From Setoptus koraiensis (taxonomy: Eukaryota > Animalia > Arthropoda), in NCBI GenBank assembly GCA_048013815.1, contig CM106586.1, positions 21,576,001-21,640,000 on the forward strand: a DNA stretch of 64,000 nt, given 5' to 3'. The position numbers and the translations under genes are program-made. Below, piece after piece: positions 32,037-43,345 of the stretch (the first letter of the stretch is position 1; every line of letters begins with the position of its first letter). The notes beneath the pieces were generated by a model. It had not been told where the DNA came from. It worked only from the letters and a program-made list of their open reading frames with translations, and made no database searches.

Positions 32037-35000
32037 TTATAGATATAAACTTGCAGCGAAGACGATATCTCTTTTTATGTACGTTATTGACTCTGCAAAC
32101 TTGTTTTCCAGATCGGTATTACCAATGACCCTACTAGCTTGACACATCTGGCGTAACAACTCCTCCAATCTACGCATGCACCTTATAATTGATCCCTCAA
32201 AGGCATCTGTCATTTTGCAAAGCTGGGCGAAACTTGCTCCTCTCGACCATGCATGAACTACATCCATCAAATTTGGTTTGAACTTTTCTATATATTCTTT
32301 CTCATCCAACTCAAGCTTGGCCTCTTTGGAAACTGAAGCGATTCTTCTAGCTAAGTCCTGCATCGTCCTCAAGGGTTGATCTAATTCTTCGGTCAGCCGC
32401 GCCATCTGCTCAGTTTTTTCGTCGAAAACAAAACAACTTAATAATGCGTTAATCTGATAAGGAGTCAAGTCGTTGAACGCTCCATTAAATAGCATTTCAG
32501 TGAGGAGTAATTCGTCCCCACTTGTTATTTCACAAGCAACACGTCCTTTGATATCAATAACATCTTGAGCGGAGCAGTAACCGAGTCTGCGAAGAACCCT
32601 TTTCATGCATTTTAGTTCGTCCATCTGAAGAAGACTTCGAGCTTTTTGTAGATTCTGTTTTGTAGTTTCAATTTGGTCACCTAGTAGACTTTTTTCCATG
32701 TATTGTTCGAGTCGCTTCTGATCGATTTGGCCAAATTCCTTGAGGCGCTTCTCGTAGGTGTTGATCTTGCAAACTAGTGAGTTGAATTCTTCGCTTTTGA
32801 TCTGCATATCTTCAATCGGATCGAGCAATGGTACTTCTCCACCAAATTGTTTCTTTACAGCATTCACAGTCTTAGCGACAGTCTGTCTTTGTTCGAGGCG
32901 CTTCAGATCGTTTGGAATCTTCAATCTGACAGAGCTGATCTTGAATATGTTATCTAAACTTATGTTGACGACTCTCATTTGTGCGGTTTCTTTTGATTGT
33001 GGTGGTACCACAAGCAAGAAATGAATACTACCCATATAAACAACAACAACCACATAAAAAGCTTACACAACCAAATAAACTAAGCTAACAAAAAAGAAGA
33101 CAAAAAGACAAAACCAAGAGACCCATCACAAAAACAAGTAAAAACCCTCAAAAAAAAAAAACAATAACAAAACTACAGAACAAAAAAAATACAACAGCAT
33201 ACCACAAGACCACAAAAAACAAACAACAGAACACACAAAACCAGAACAGAAAAAGAAAAAACAAAACACACCCATTAAACCCCCAACAACCCGGCCACCC
33301 CCCCCACCATCACACACCACCACCCCCACAACCATATACGACACACCCAACCACACGCCCCCCACGACCCCCCACCCCCCCCCGACCCAGCCCCGCAAAC
33401 CGCGCCCACCCCCACCGCCCCCCACACGCCCCCCCCCACCCCCCCCGCCACCCCCCCCTCCACCCCCCCCCCCCCCCCTCCCCCCCCCCCACAACCCCCC
33501 CCCCCCCGTCCCTCCCCCCCCCCCCCCCCCCCTCCCATCCCCCCCCAGCCCCGACCCCCCGCCCCCCACCCCCCACCCCCCCCCCCCTCCCTCTCCCCCC
33601 TCCCCCCCCCCCATCACCTCCCACCCCCATCCCCACATCCCCCCTCCCACCCCCACCCCCCCCCCTCCCCCACCCCCCCCCCACCTCACCCCCCCCCCTC
33701 ACCCCTCCCCACACCACCCCACCCCACACTCCCCTCCCCACCCACCCCTCACCCCACCCCCACCCCCCCCCCCCCCTCCCCACCCTCCCCCCCCCACCCC
33801 CCCCTCTCCCCACCACCCCCTCCCCACTCACCCCTCCCCCCCCCCACCCCACCACACTCCCACACCCCCCCCACTCACCCTCCTCCCCCCCCCCACTCCA
33901 CCCTCCCCCCCCCTCCCCACCCCCCCCCCTCCCCTCCCCACTCACACACACCCCCCCTCACCTCCCCTCTCCCTCTCCCCCCTCCCCCCCCCCACACCTC
34001 TCCCCCCCACCCCCCCCCCTCCCACCCCCCCCCCTCCCCTCCCCACTCCCCACTCCCCCCCACTCCTCACACTCTCCCCTCCCCCCCCCCTCCCCCCCCC
34101 ACTCCCCCCCCCCACCCCACCCCCCCCTCCCCCCCCCACCCCCCCCTCCCCACCTCCCCTCCCCCTCTCTCTCTCCCCCACCCCCCCCCACTCACACTCT
34201 CCCCTCCCCACCCCCCCCCCTCTCCCCCCCCCTCCCCCTCTCCCCACTCCCCCCCCCACCACCCCCCCCTCACCTCACTCCCCCCCCCCTCTCTCTCCAC
34301 CCCCTCCCCCCCCCCTCCCCTCCCCCCCTCCCCCCCCCACCCACCCCCCCCCTCCCCCCCCCCTCTCCCCCACACCCCCCCTCCCCACCCCCCCCCACCC
34401 CACCCTCTCACCCCCCCCTCCCCTCCCCCCCCCACCACTCCCACCCCCCCCTCCCCTCTCCCCTCTCCCCACCCCTCTCTCTCCCCCCCCCCTCTCCCCC
34501 CCCCCTCACCCCCCCCCCACTCTCCCCTCACTCCCCTCCCCCCCCCCTCCCCCTCCCCTCTCCTCTCTCACCCTCACCCCCCCCCCTCTCTCTCTCCTCA
34601 CCCCCCACCTCCCCACCCCCACCCCCCCCTCTCTCCCCCCACCCCCCCCTCTCCCCCCCCCCACCCCCTCCCCTCCCCTCACCCCTCCCCTCCCCCCCTC
34701 ACCTCCCCCCCCCCCCTCCCCCCACTCTCCCCCCCCTCCCCTCCCCCTCCCCTCTCCCCTCCCCCCCCCACCCCCCTCCCCCCCCCACCCTCCCTCCCCC
34801 CCCCTCCCCCCCCTCTCCCCCTCCCCTCTCCTCCCCCCCCCTCCCCCACCCTCCCCCCACCCCCCCTCTCTCTCTCCCCCCCCTCCCCCCCTCTCCCCCC
34901 CCCCTCCCCTCCCCCACCCCCCCCCACCCCCCCTCACCCCCCTCTCTCTCTCCCCCCCCCCTCTCTCCTCCCCCCCCCACCTCCCTCCCACCCCCCCCCT

Positions 35001-36585
35001 CTCCCCCCCCTCCCCCCACCCCCCCACCCCCTCACCCCCCTCCCCCCCACTCTCCCCCCCCCCTCCCACTCACCCCTCCCCCACCCCCCCCCTCCCCCCC
35101 CCCACCCCCCCCCCTCCCCCCTCTCCCCACCACCCTCTCCCCCACCCCCCACCCCCCCCTCTCCCCCACACCCCCCCTCCTCCTCCCCCCCCACCCCCCC
35201 CTCCCTCCACTCTCTCTCTCCCCTCCCCCCCCCCACCCCTCCCCCCCCCCTCCCCCCCCCCTCTCCCCTCTCCCCTCCCCCCTCCCACTCCCCTCACCCC
35301 CCCCCCACCCCCCCTCTCCCCACCCCCCCCACCCCTCTCCCCCCCCCCACCCCACTCCTCCCCTCCCCCCCACCCCTCCTCCTCTCACCCCACCCCCTCT
35401 CCCCCCCCCCTCCCCTCCCCCCCCACTCCCCCCCCCCTCCCCCCCCCACCCCACCACCCCCCCCCTCCTCCCCCCCCACCCCTCACTCCCCCCCCCCACT
35501 CCCCTCCCCCCCACCCCTCTCCCCCCCCACTCCCCTCCCCTCCCCTCCCACTCTCCCCTCCCCCCCCCCTCACCCCTCCCCTCCCCCCCCTCACCCCCCC
35601 CGCCCCCCCCCACCCCCTCCCCCCCCACTCCCCTACCCCACCCCCCCCTCCCCCCCCCCTCCCCACCCCCTCCCCCCCCCCTCACCCCCTCCCCTCCCCC
35701 CCCCTCCCCTCACCCCCCCCCTCACCCCTCTCTCTCTCTCCCCTCCCTCTCCCCTCCCCCCCCCCCTCTCTCTCTCTCACTCTCCCCTCCCCCCCCACCC
35801 CCCCTCNNNNNNNNNNNNNNNNNNNNNNNNNNNNNNNNNNNNNNNNNNNNNNNNNNNNNNNNNNNNNNNNNNNNNNNNNNNNNNNNNNNNNNNNNNNNNN
35901 NNNNNNNNNNNNNNNNNNNNNNNNNNNNNNNNNNNNNNNNNNNNNNNNNNNNNNNNNNNNNNNNNNNNNNNNNNNNNNNNNNNNNNNNNNNNNNNNNNNN
36001 NNNNNNNNNNNNNNNNNNNNNNNNNNNNNNNNNNNNNNNNNNNNNNNNNNNNNNNNNNNNNNNNNNNNNNNNNNNNNNNNNNNNNNNNNNNNNNNNNNNN
36101 NNNNNNNNNNNNNNNNNNNNNNNNNNNNNNNNNNNNNNNNNNNNNNNNNNNNNNNNNNNNNNNNNNNNNNNNNNNNNNNNNNNNNNNNNNNNNNNNNNNN
36201 NNNNNNNNNNNNNNNNNNNNNNNNNNNNNNNNNNNNNNNNNNNNNNNNNNNNNNNNNNNNNNNNNNNNNNNNNNNNNNNNNNNNNNNNNNNNNNNNNNNN
36301 NNNNNNATACTCAGCCACGACAGTTTTGCCGGCCGAGGTGTGAGCTGATACGAGGACGCTCTGGCCATTCTCTATGCACATGATGGATCTATTCTGAAAT
36401 GAATCTAGCGTAAATTTGTAAGTTTTGACAGGCTTAAAATTTGATTTGAGTTCAACATAATACGAGTTAACAGGTATGACAACCTCATGCAAACAACCAC
36501 CCTCGGGTATCTCTAGATTATATACAGTGGTCCGTGGCGATAGCTCCACAGGTTCAATGGCATCTTCATCGGGCTTGTTGTCCAT
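32037..36585 (-). CDS. MTREX: Exosome RNA helicase MTR4 (SKIV2L2); only the 5' part (36585-36307) and 3' part (about 33030-32037) are assembled
   Basis: 5' part: YKFTLDSFQ...[17 protein letters not shown] (motif I). 3' part: KOW/arch [62 protein letters not shown]. Confidence 0.95.
33030..35806. other. Low-quality C-rich base-calling junk (assembly artefact)
   Basis: Real MTR4 sequence decays through an A/C-rich zone into aperiodic poly-C with scattered A/T and almost no G, ending at an N gap, in the middle of an essential gene. Confidence 0.9.
35807..36306. other. Scaffold gap (500 N)
   Basis: Exactly 500 N. Confidence 1.
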
Positions 36586-39043
36586 GTTCAATCAATTAAT
36601 TGAAGTAGAGATAAAATATATGGGAGCTGCTGAGATCTAATATTACAGCTACAATTTACCGGCTGGTTTAATGTCGCGAAACATCGTGGAAACAAAAACA
36701 TGTGCTCTTACCAACAAGCACAAGCAACATTGGTGCGATGCGCAAACGGACACCGTAAAGACCGCACAGTGACGCCTTTCTGAACACCTCCCATTTCCGC
36801 CACGCCTTCGAGGGGCGGCTGCCCGCTGGACGTGCCGAGTGCCAGCCTCTTACAATAGGCAGTCCCCATGACTAGACCGTATGCGACACACGCATTCACA
36901 AGCTGCTGCTATTCACTCCATGCTCATGCTACGTGAGATTGCTAGTGAGTGTCGTGCGTGTGTGTGTGTGTGTGTGCATGAGTATGTACATGGATATTAA
37001 CAAAGGAGACAAGCGTAAGACTGCTAAATTACTGTCTAGTGTCTGCATCGAAGAAACGGTGTCCTGATAGAAACTCCTCCGATTGTTATATCTCTGTCAA
37101 ATGAATCATTTATCAACAATTTACCAAATAAAACATCTGCACACAACCACACAGAACGCTTGTTAAGGAGAATCTGATATTATTTTATTGCAAGCTCATA
37201 ATAATATTACATGATCATGATTGTATAGATTCAATTGTACAGCACACCACTCGTTGTTGATGATGAACTGTGTGCGCTGCTCCCGGAGCTTACATTCCGG
37301 TCTGTGAGAAATCCGCGAGGGCGGCTCTTGAGGCTTTCTTCGTGCAGTGTGAGTTAGTTAGGCCATAGACAAACCAACTACGCAACGCGACGAAGTAAGC
37401 GCCCCTTGTGTCGGAAATCTCAGCATTAAACTTGTGTGCAAGATCTATCGAAAGAGTTGAAACATTTGACGAAACACTCAAGCTTCCACTATACGTTTTC
37501 GTGGCATCGCAAGTGCCCCTGGCGGAGTTTGTTATAAACTCATAAATGGTTTGAAATGAATAGCACACAATACATGTAGTATGTTGAACCATCTCAAGAG
37601 AGTGCACATATGTGTATCAGTGTTGGTTATTGACATCTATTGAGAAGATATTGTTGCCTCTGATTTGTCCACAGTATATATATTACATCTAATATATTAT
37701 CACGTCTATAATCAGATCATTCAATGGCCAGTGAACACTATCAAGATGTCATATCATTTGTAGAGAATCGGACCAACATCACACCCTGAGGTATCCCTCA
37801 TCTCTCCTATACATTATCAGCTTTAGAGTTTCTTCTATAGAAATCGAATTGAATTATCTGCGAATCTTACGACGTTACTACACGTTAAAAGCAACGACAG
37901 TATTTTATTATTACTATAGGACGAATATACTGTTATAATTACTTCGATCAAGCACACTCATACATGAGCTATTCTCGTCTATATAGCAACTTGAGGTAAT
38001 TTACAATCTATAAAGCACAATCATATACTCCTAATACTGGCTGTATTATAACTCTCATCTACTGAACTTGAGGTTGACAAGTCTCGTTAATATCTACCCA
38101 CCACCAGCTACAAGCATCACTGCAACACTTTTCACAGCACATAATTCAAGTGGATCACTGTCAGTTCTATTATAATTAATATATTCACACTACATTATAT
38201 ACATGTAATATCATCATATCATTCTGATCAATCGAATGAATTTGCTTAAATCAACGCATGACTTATGATTTATCAGCCATCTATATGAGTACTTGCTCGT
38301 AACTTATGTAGTACAACAAAATCATCACCTATAAGCGCGCACACATCATCTATCCAGTCGGCACTCTTCAACTATTGATATATCAAGAGATATTTGTCAT
38401 GAAGACACGCAGCTATCTCCGATCAATTAGATAATCATCTAGTCAAAACTAGTCTTCCTATCTGCACTTATTATAATTAATACCTATTGTCACGCCTGGC
38501 TGAGATTGCTTATTATAACTTGGAAATTCCTCACCGGGTTTACACTATTGAGCCTTCAAGAGAGGATGACACACAGTGTTTGAGAGATATCTGTAGCGCT
38601 CACTCTCACCATTAATTCGGCACTATAAGTACTGTATTACAACTATTGGTAGATTCCCATTGCGAACATATTTTCATGGTTGCAAGTATTCGGTAGAACA
38701 TATCATCCGCTATATGTGAAGTTTATGACAGTGCTGACCATATCAGAAACAACCTGGCACTCTATATAATAATGAAAAAAAAGTAATTGTCTTCCCATCG
38801 CATGTAAAGCATCGATCAGAAATGTTTTAGCTTTACAAACTGGTTACATTAACTTAGGTGACAACAATATCATCTGAACACACGCAAGCGGAAATTTGTG
38901 TAGTACCTATTCCTTTGCTGTTATCTTGTAATGACATTGTCTTTTAGTTATCAGCATCACTGTTTTCAACCATTATAATCAATTCAGAGAGTATTATCTT
39001 ATATAATTAATAATTTATAGTATTATCATAGAACACTTAGAGA

Positions 39044-40075
39044 ATGAGTAGTATTAAACCAATGTGCTCTTCACCAGTCCCGCTAAATCACGCTGCCATA
39101 GGACCATCTAATCTCATGATGTCTAGTTCGGCTAACGGTTCAGTTCATCCTATGGATAAAAATAAGCATCCAGAGAACCACAAGACCATTTGTCATTTGT
39201 ACCAGACTTCTACATCAAATACATCAGCTAATACTTCGGCCTTTGATAGCACTTTTTCCATTCAGAGAACTTCCAATAAGTCTAAAATACAGCAAGCCAA
39301 TTTAGTCGACAGCAATGGCAAACTCAATAGCAACACTAACGGTACAAAAGATTCCCATATACACAAACAAATGTCTTTTATTATAAAGCAATCACCGTTG
39401 CAGTCTAACGAGCAGAACAATTCTCGTTCAAAGGCCATGCAGCAACAACAGAAATCGTTTTATCAATCTCATCACGATGAACAATACTCTGCTACTGCAT
39501 TAAATAGACCGATAGTTATATGTGGACCTAGTGGCTCTGGTAAAAGTACTCTATTGAAGCGTCTCTTGAAAGAACATCAATCGAACTTCGCATTTACTGT
39601 ATCGCATACTACTAGGAAACCGCGTCAAGGTGAAAAAGATGGAACGGAATATTACTTCATAACCAGAGACCAAATGAAAACAATGATAGAAAACAAAGAG
39701 TTCCTGGAGTATACTGAATTCTCTGGTAACTACTATGGAACTAGTAAAAAGGCAGTTCAAGATGCTTTGAAAACTGGTAAAATATTCATACTAGAGGTAG
39801 ATATTGAGGGAGTTAAGACGCTTAACTCTAATAAGAGCTCAGAATTGGACCCTTTATTCATCTTTATAAAGCCACCTTCTAAGCAGATGCTAATTCAGCG
39901 CCTCTCGTCAAGAGGAACTGAATCCGAAGCTTCTTTGAAGAAGCGTCTCGATCGAGCTGACGAAGAGATCGAGTTCGCTGATAATGGAAATGTTAAGTTT
40001 GACCTGGTCCTTGTCAATGACGACTTGGAACAAACTTATCACAATTTGAAAAGTTTCCTCAAAATAGATGAATGA
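39044..40075 (+). CDS. GUK1: Guanylate kinase with a long polar N-terminal extension
   Basis: RPIVICGPSGSGKST P-loop, SHTTRKPRQGEKDGTEYYF, FLEYTEFSGNYYGTS, LEVDIEGV, RGTESEASL. Confidence 0.95.
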   Translation: MSSIKPMCSSPVPLNHAAIGPSNLMMSSSANGSVHPMDKNKHPENHKTICHLYQTSTSNTSANTSAFDSTFSIQRTSNKSKIQQANLVDSNGKLNSNTNGTKDSHIHKQMSFIIKQSPLQSNEQNNSRSKAMQQQQKSFYQSHHDEQYSATALNRPIVICGPSGSGKSTLLKRLLKEHQSNFAFTVSHTTRKPRQGEKDGTEYYFITRDQMKTMIENKEFLEYTEFSGNYYGTSKKAVQDALKTGKIFILEVDIEGVKTLNSNKSSELDPLFIFIKPPSKQMLIQRLSSRGTESEASLKKRLDRADEEIEFADNGNVKFDLVLVNDDLEQTYHNLKSFLKIDE

Positions 40076-40291
40076 TGGAAAAAGCTATCTGTTATTATGT
40101 ATCGAGCAGGCACTAAATAGATAAACAACAAAGTAGATTTACGAACCGGTGCCCATTAGCATAAAAATGATCGAATAAGTGCGAAAACTTAACATTACAA
40201 ATATTCACTGAAACTAAGTTAAAATGTTGCAAATTAAATATCCCAAACTGTTTCTAATAAATCTCCTCAGACTATCTTGGTCTTCACTTTA

Positions 40292-41515
40292 TTATTTTTT
40301 CTCTTTTCTGGTGCGTTTTTTCTTCGGCTTCATCTTAGATTTGTTCGGTTCCACTTTAAACTTACAGAATAAACTATTCAATCCCCAATCTCTAGTGACA
40401 GTGGGCTTTAGTGAACATGTAATCAACTGTTCGTGAAGCGTACTATAGCTCCTTCTTAGAATAAATAAGAATCTGTGGAAATACATCTCGCTCATTCCAG
40501 CCGTTAGATTGTGACTTAAATCGAATGGATCCTGGATGTTGAGAAAATCGTTGAATTTGAATGATTCTGAATAATATGGAGAATCAGCAAATTCTGACTT
40601 GCTCATACATCTTCCAGATCTAATATTCACATAGTCAGTAGCATAATTGAAATTAAGATACATCTCAAAGAAGCATAACAATAACAAGCTTAGTTTTTGG
40701 TTATTTTCCGATCTACGATAGGAAGACAAATCCATACATATCGAGCAATCCCATCCATTGTATTCAAATGCGCCTGGCTTTGCTTTATCCCTCATTGAAT
40801 CGTAGCTGGGCAACAATGGATTTTCTAAGGTCTGACAAAAAAGTATCAACATAGTGACCATAGCGTAGGAGGACATGTACCCCGGAACAATGAGATCTTG
40901 AGCTTTGGACCAATAACGAACAACAATCGCCAATAGATGGAATTTTGGTTCCAGTTGACATAGGAATCTGATGCATTTACTGTTGTGTAAGGTTAGTTGT
41001 TTCCCTTCAGCGATTGAAACATCAATTTTGGCGAAGTTAAAATGCCTCCTTTCTTGTTCCTTCTCTTGCACATGCCTGCTCTTTCTATCAAAACATTCTA
41101 TCTTAACTATTGGACATCGTTTACTATTAATTAAGATATATTTCCCTGGAAGGAATCTGGGGCCTACTTTTTTGATTGTCTTCAGTATTTTCCTTTTGTC
41201 GATCTTGGAGTTACCATCATCCGTTTCCACTTTTAATATCAAGTCAATATCTGAATCCTTAAAGCCCAATCCATTTACAGAGGAACCAAACACGCTGCCC
41301 TCTATATAGAGGCCGGAGTAGTGATAAATACAATCGACAATGAGTTGTATTAGTTTTGTTCTTTTATCAATGTCCTCTTGTTCTATTTGTACCATTTCCC
41401 TCAAGTCCACAAATTGATGTTCCACTGTCGGACATAACCAGAGACGCTGCCAAACTTGTTTGTGGTCGACCGACGGGAACCTGATTAGTTCATCTATTTG
41501 GTTCAGAGTTGCCAT
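40292..41515 (-). CDS. Terminal nucleotidyltransferase (TUT1/MTPAP/Cid1-like non-canonical poly(A) or poly(U) polymerase), 407 aa
   Basis: FGSSVNGLGFKDSDIDL nucleotidyltransferase motif, RCPIVKI, VRYWSK, MSSYAMVTMLILFCQ, PAP-associated NIQDPFDLSHNL, and a basic C-terminal tail. Confidence 0.88.
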   Translation of the reverse strand: MATLNQIDELIRFPSVDHKQVWQRLWLCPTVEHQFVDLREMVQIEQEDIDKRTKLIQLIVDCIYHYSGLYIEGSVFGSSVNGLGFKDSDIDLILKVETDDGNSKIDKRKILKTIKKVGPRFLPGKYILINSKRCPIVKIECFDRKSRHVQEKEQERRHFNFAKIDVSIAEGKQLTLHNSKCIRFLCQLEPKFHLLAIVVRYWSKAQDLIVPGYMSSYAMVTMLILFCQTLENPLLPSYDSMRDKAKPGAFEYNGWDCSICMDLSSYRRSENNQKLSLLLLCFFEMYLNFNYATDYVNIRSGRCMSKSEFADSPYYSESFKFNDFLNIQDPFDLSHNLTAGMSEMYFHRFLFILRRSYSTLHEQLITCSLKPTVTRDWGLNSLFCKFKVEPNKSKMKPKKKRTRKEKK

Positions 41516-42003
41516 TGTAACGAATCACTGAGAAACTCTAGACCTATGATGTGGATAATTCATTCTTTTGTTTTCTTCAGTCGTTGTTGTTTGAGTTGCT
41601 GAACATTCTATACAATGAGGCAACTTCATTTCAGGTGTTGATAATAATAATAATTCCACCATAATAATAATAATAACGCCATGTGAGCAGCCGACGAAAT
41701 TGTTCACAACCGTGACTGGCCGCTTGGGGAGCTGCAGATCAACGAGAATGCCGTGTGTTCAGTCGCCGCTGGGAAGATTGTGTGCGTGAGGTTATGCCCT
41801 ATTCTGTGTAGATATTCGGTGAGTCAAGCGCCATTGATGGGAGAAACAAAAATGGTGCTGCTGTGAATATCGAAAGCGTCAGCTGTTCGTAGCAATGAAA
41901 TTATTATTATTATTGTCTTGACAAGTCAGTCGGACAGAAAACAACTGACAATTGTGAATGGAGATATAATATAGAGATCTAGAAGCTAAGATTTGGCCGA
42001 ATC

Positions 42004-43164
42004 ATGGCGGACGTAGTCAATATGGAAACGTTCGAGCAATCTCTCCACAAAGCGGTCAACGCCAACGATCTGACTAGCATCAAACTGATAGTCAGGGACA
42101 ATCCCAAACTTGATCTTAATTGCTACGATAAAGATGGTTTGACGCCGTTACACCTAGCCGTTCACAAAGGCAACTATGAAATATCTAAATATCTTCTCGA
42201 GATTGGTGCAGACCCGAATTTTCTCGAACGCAAAGACAATTATACCGCGCTCATGTTTGCGTCCATAGGCGGCCGTTACGAAATTGTTAGGTTGCTTCTG
42301 GAGAACGAAGCAGATGTTACTTTGGAGAACCGCGTCAATAGAAACGCCGCCCAAATGGCTGCATTTGTAGGTCAATACAAATCTGTCGCTATAATCAATC
42401 ATTGGGTGCCATACAGTCTAGTCGAACCTTATACAAAGTGCAGAGAATTGGAGGATAAGCCTCGACTTACGTCTCTAGCACTAGGACACAATTTACATTC
42501 ATACATAGTCAATCCCAGTATTCATCCAATCAGAATTATATTATTCCTGCAAAATAATCCAAGATTAATCTTAGAGAAGAAATCTGTCAATTATGTGCTG
42601 GACAATTTACTGAGCAAATCCGTCAAATCTCCTATGAATGACGAAGTGCTAGCATTCAAATTGCACTATCTAACATGGATGCTTGATTTCATCTATAAAC
42701 TAATCGAAAAAGGAAAATCTATCTCGGATGTATCGCAATCGGAGAAGCTCCCTAACCAGCCTGACGAAGACCAGGCTCACATCAAAGGAGTTCTTGAAAA
42801 TCTTATCAAGAAGCTAGTCAAAAGGGAAGACCAATCAGATTGTAAATCGTGCACTACCCAAACTAATAAATTAATCATTGAATGTATAACTCAATTCCCA
42901 TACAAACAATTGAACATCTTCAAGACCATGGCTTACGCTTTGTCTCAAACGGGAAAAGATCAAGTATCAGCGCTACATGCTCTGAATCAAGCTCTCAATG
43001 GACCTAGGGCTTTTGGGTATGAAGATGAAACATGCAGCGTCTGCTCAGAAGTTGGAAAAACAAAGAAGTGCAGTTTGTGCAAATGTACATATTATTGTAG
43101 TCCCGAATGTCAAAAGATCGACTGGTTCCAGCACAAAAAAACTTGTAAGCAACCAAAGAGTTGA
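42004..43164 (+). CDS. ANKMY2: Ankyrin repeat and MYND domain-containing protein 2
   Basis: Three N-terminal ankyrin repeats (GLTPLHLA, YTALMFA, RNAAQMAAFVGQ) and a C-terminal MYND finger (CSVC...KKCSLCKCTYYCSPECQKIDWFQHKKTC). Confidence 0.93.
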   Translation: MADVVNMETFEQSLHKAVNANDLTSIKLIVRDNPKLDLNCYDKDGLTPLHLAVHKGNYEISKYLLEIGADPNFLERKDNYTALMFASIGGRYEIVRLLLENEADVTLENRVNRNAAQMAAFVGQYKSVAIINHWVPYSLVEPYTKCRELEDKPRLTSLALGHNLHSYIVNPSIHPIRIILFLQNNPRLILEKKSVNYVLDNLLSKSVKSPMNDEVLAFKLHYLTWMLDFIYKLIEKGKSISDVSQSEKLPNQPDEDQAHIKGVLENLIKKLVKREDQSDCKSCTTQTNKLIIECITQFPYKQLNIFKTMAYALSQTGKDQVSALHALNQALNGPRAFGYEDETCSVCSEVGKTKKCSLCKCTYYCSPECQKIDWFQHKKTCKQPKS

Positions 43165-43345
43165 TTATGACAAATATACACAACTTATATAAAGTTATCA
43201 AAAGTCTATTCTATAATAGTAGATTTCATCCATATCAAGAGTTTGCTGCGTTCACGTCAAGCATGTATTAAGTTATATCTTTTTCACCTGATCAACTTCC
43301 TTCGCATACACATGTATCACATCCTCCATGCTCTGAATAAAGAAG

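Noticed and set aside
33030-35806. Giant G/C-rich tract as a G-quadruplex array, telomere-like element or source of Gly-rich proteins (about 25 ORF-track entries)
   Set aside because: It is aperiodic, grades out of recognisably corrupted MTR4 codons, ends at an N gap and replaces about 600 codons of an essential helicase. This is the pattern of a low-quality read end.
36855-36870. RNase MRP/P-like AGTCCCC motif
   Set aside because: The preceding GAAA consensus and the downstream pairing CR-V segment were not found.
32037-41515. MTR4 plus a non-canonical poly(A) polymerase as a clustered TRAMP-like module
   Set aside because: The polymerase motif (GSSVNGLGFKDSDIDL) is TUT1/MTPAP/Cid1-type, not Trf4/PAPD5-type. 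No Air-like zinc-knuckle gene is present, so the proximity is probably chance.
41680-41830. CX9C-like peptide (ECRVFSRRWEDC) in the GC-rich patch upstream of ANKMY2
   Set aside because: It is a single motif flanked by stops with no start codon. It is more simply a 5' UTR exon of ANKMY2, ending at the donor TCG/GTGAGT near 41819.
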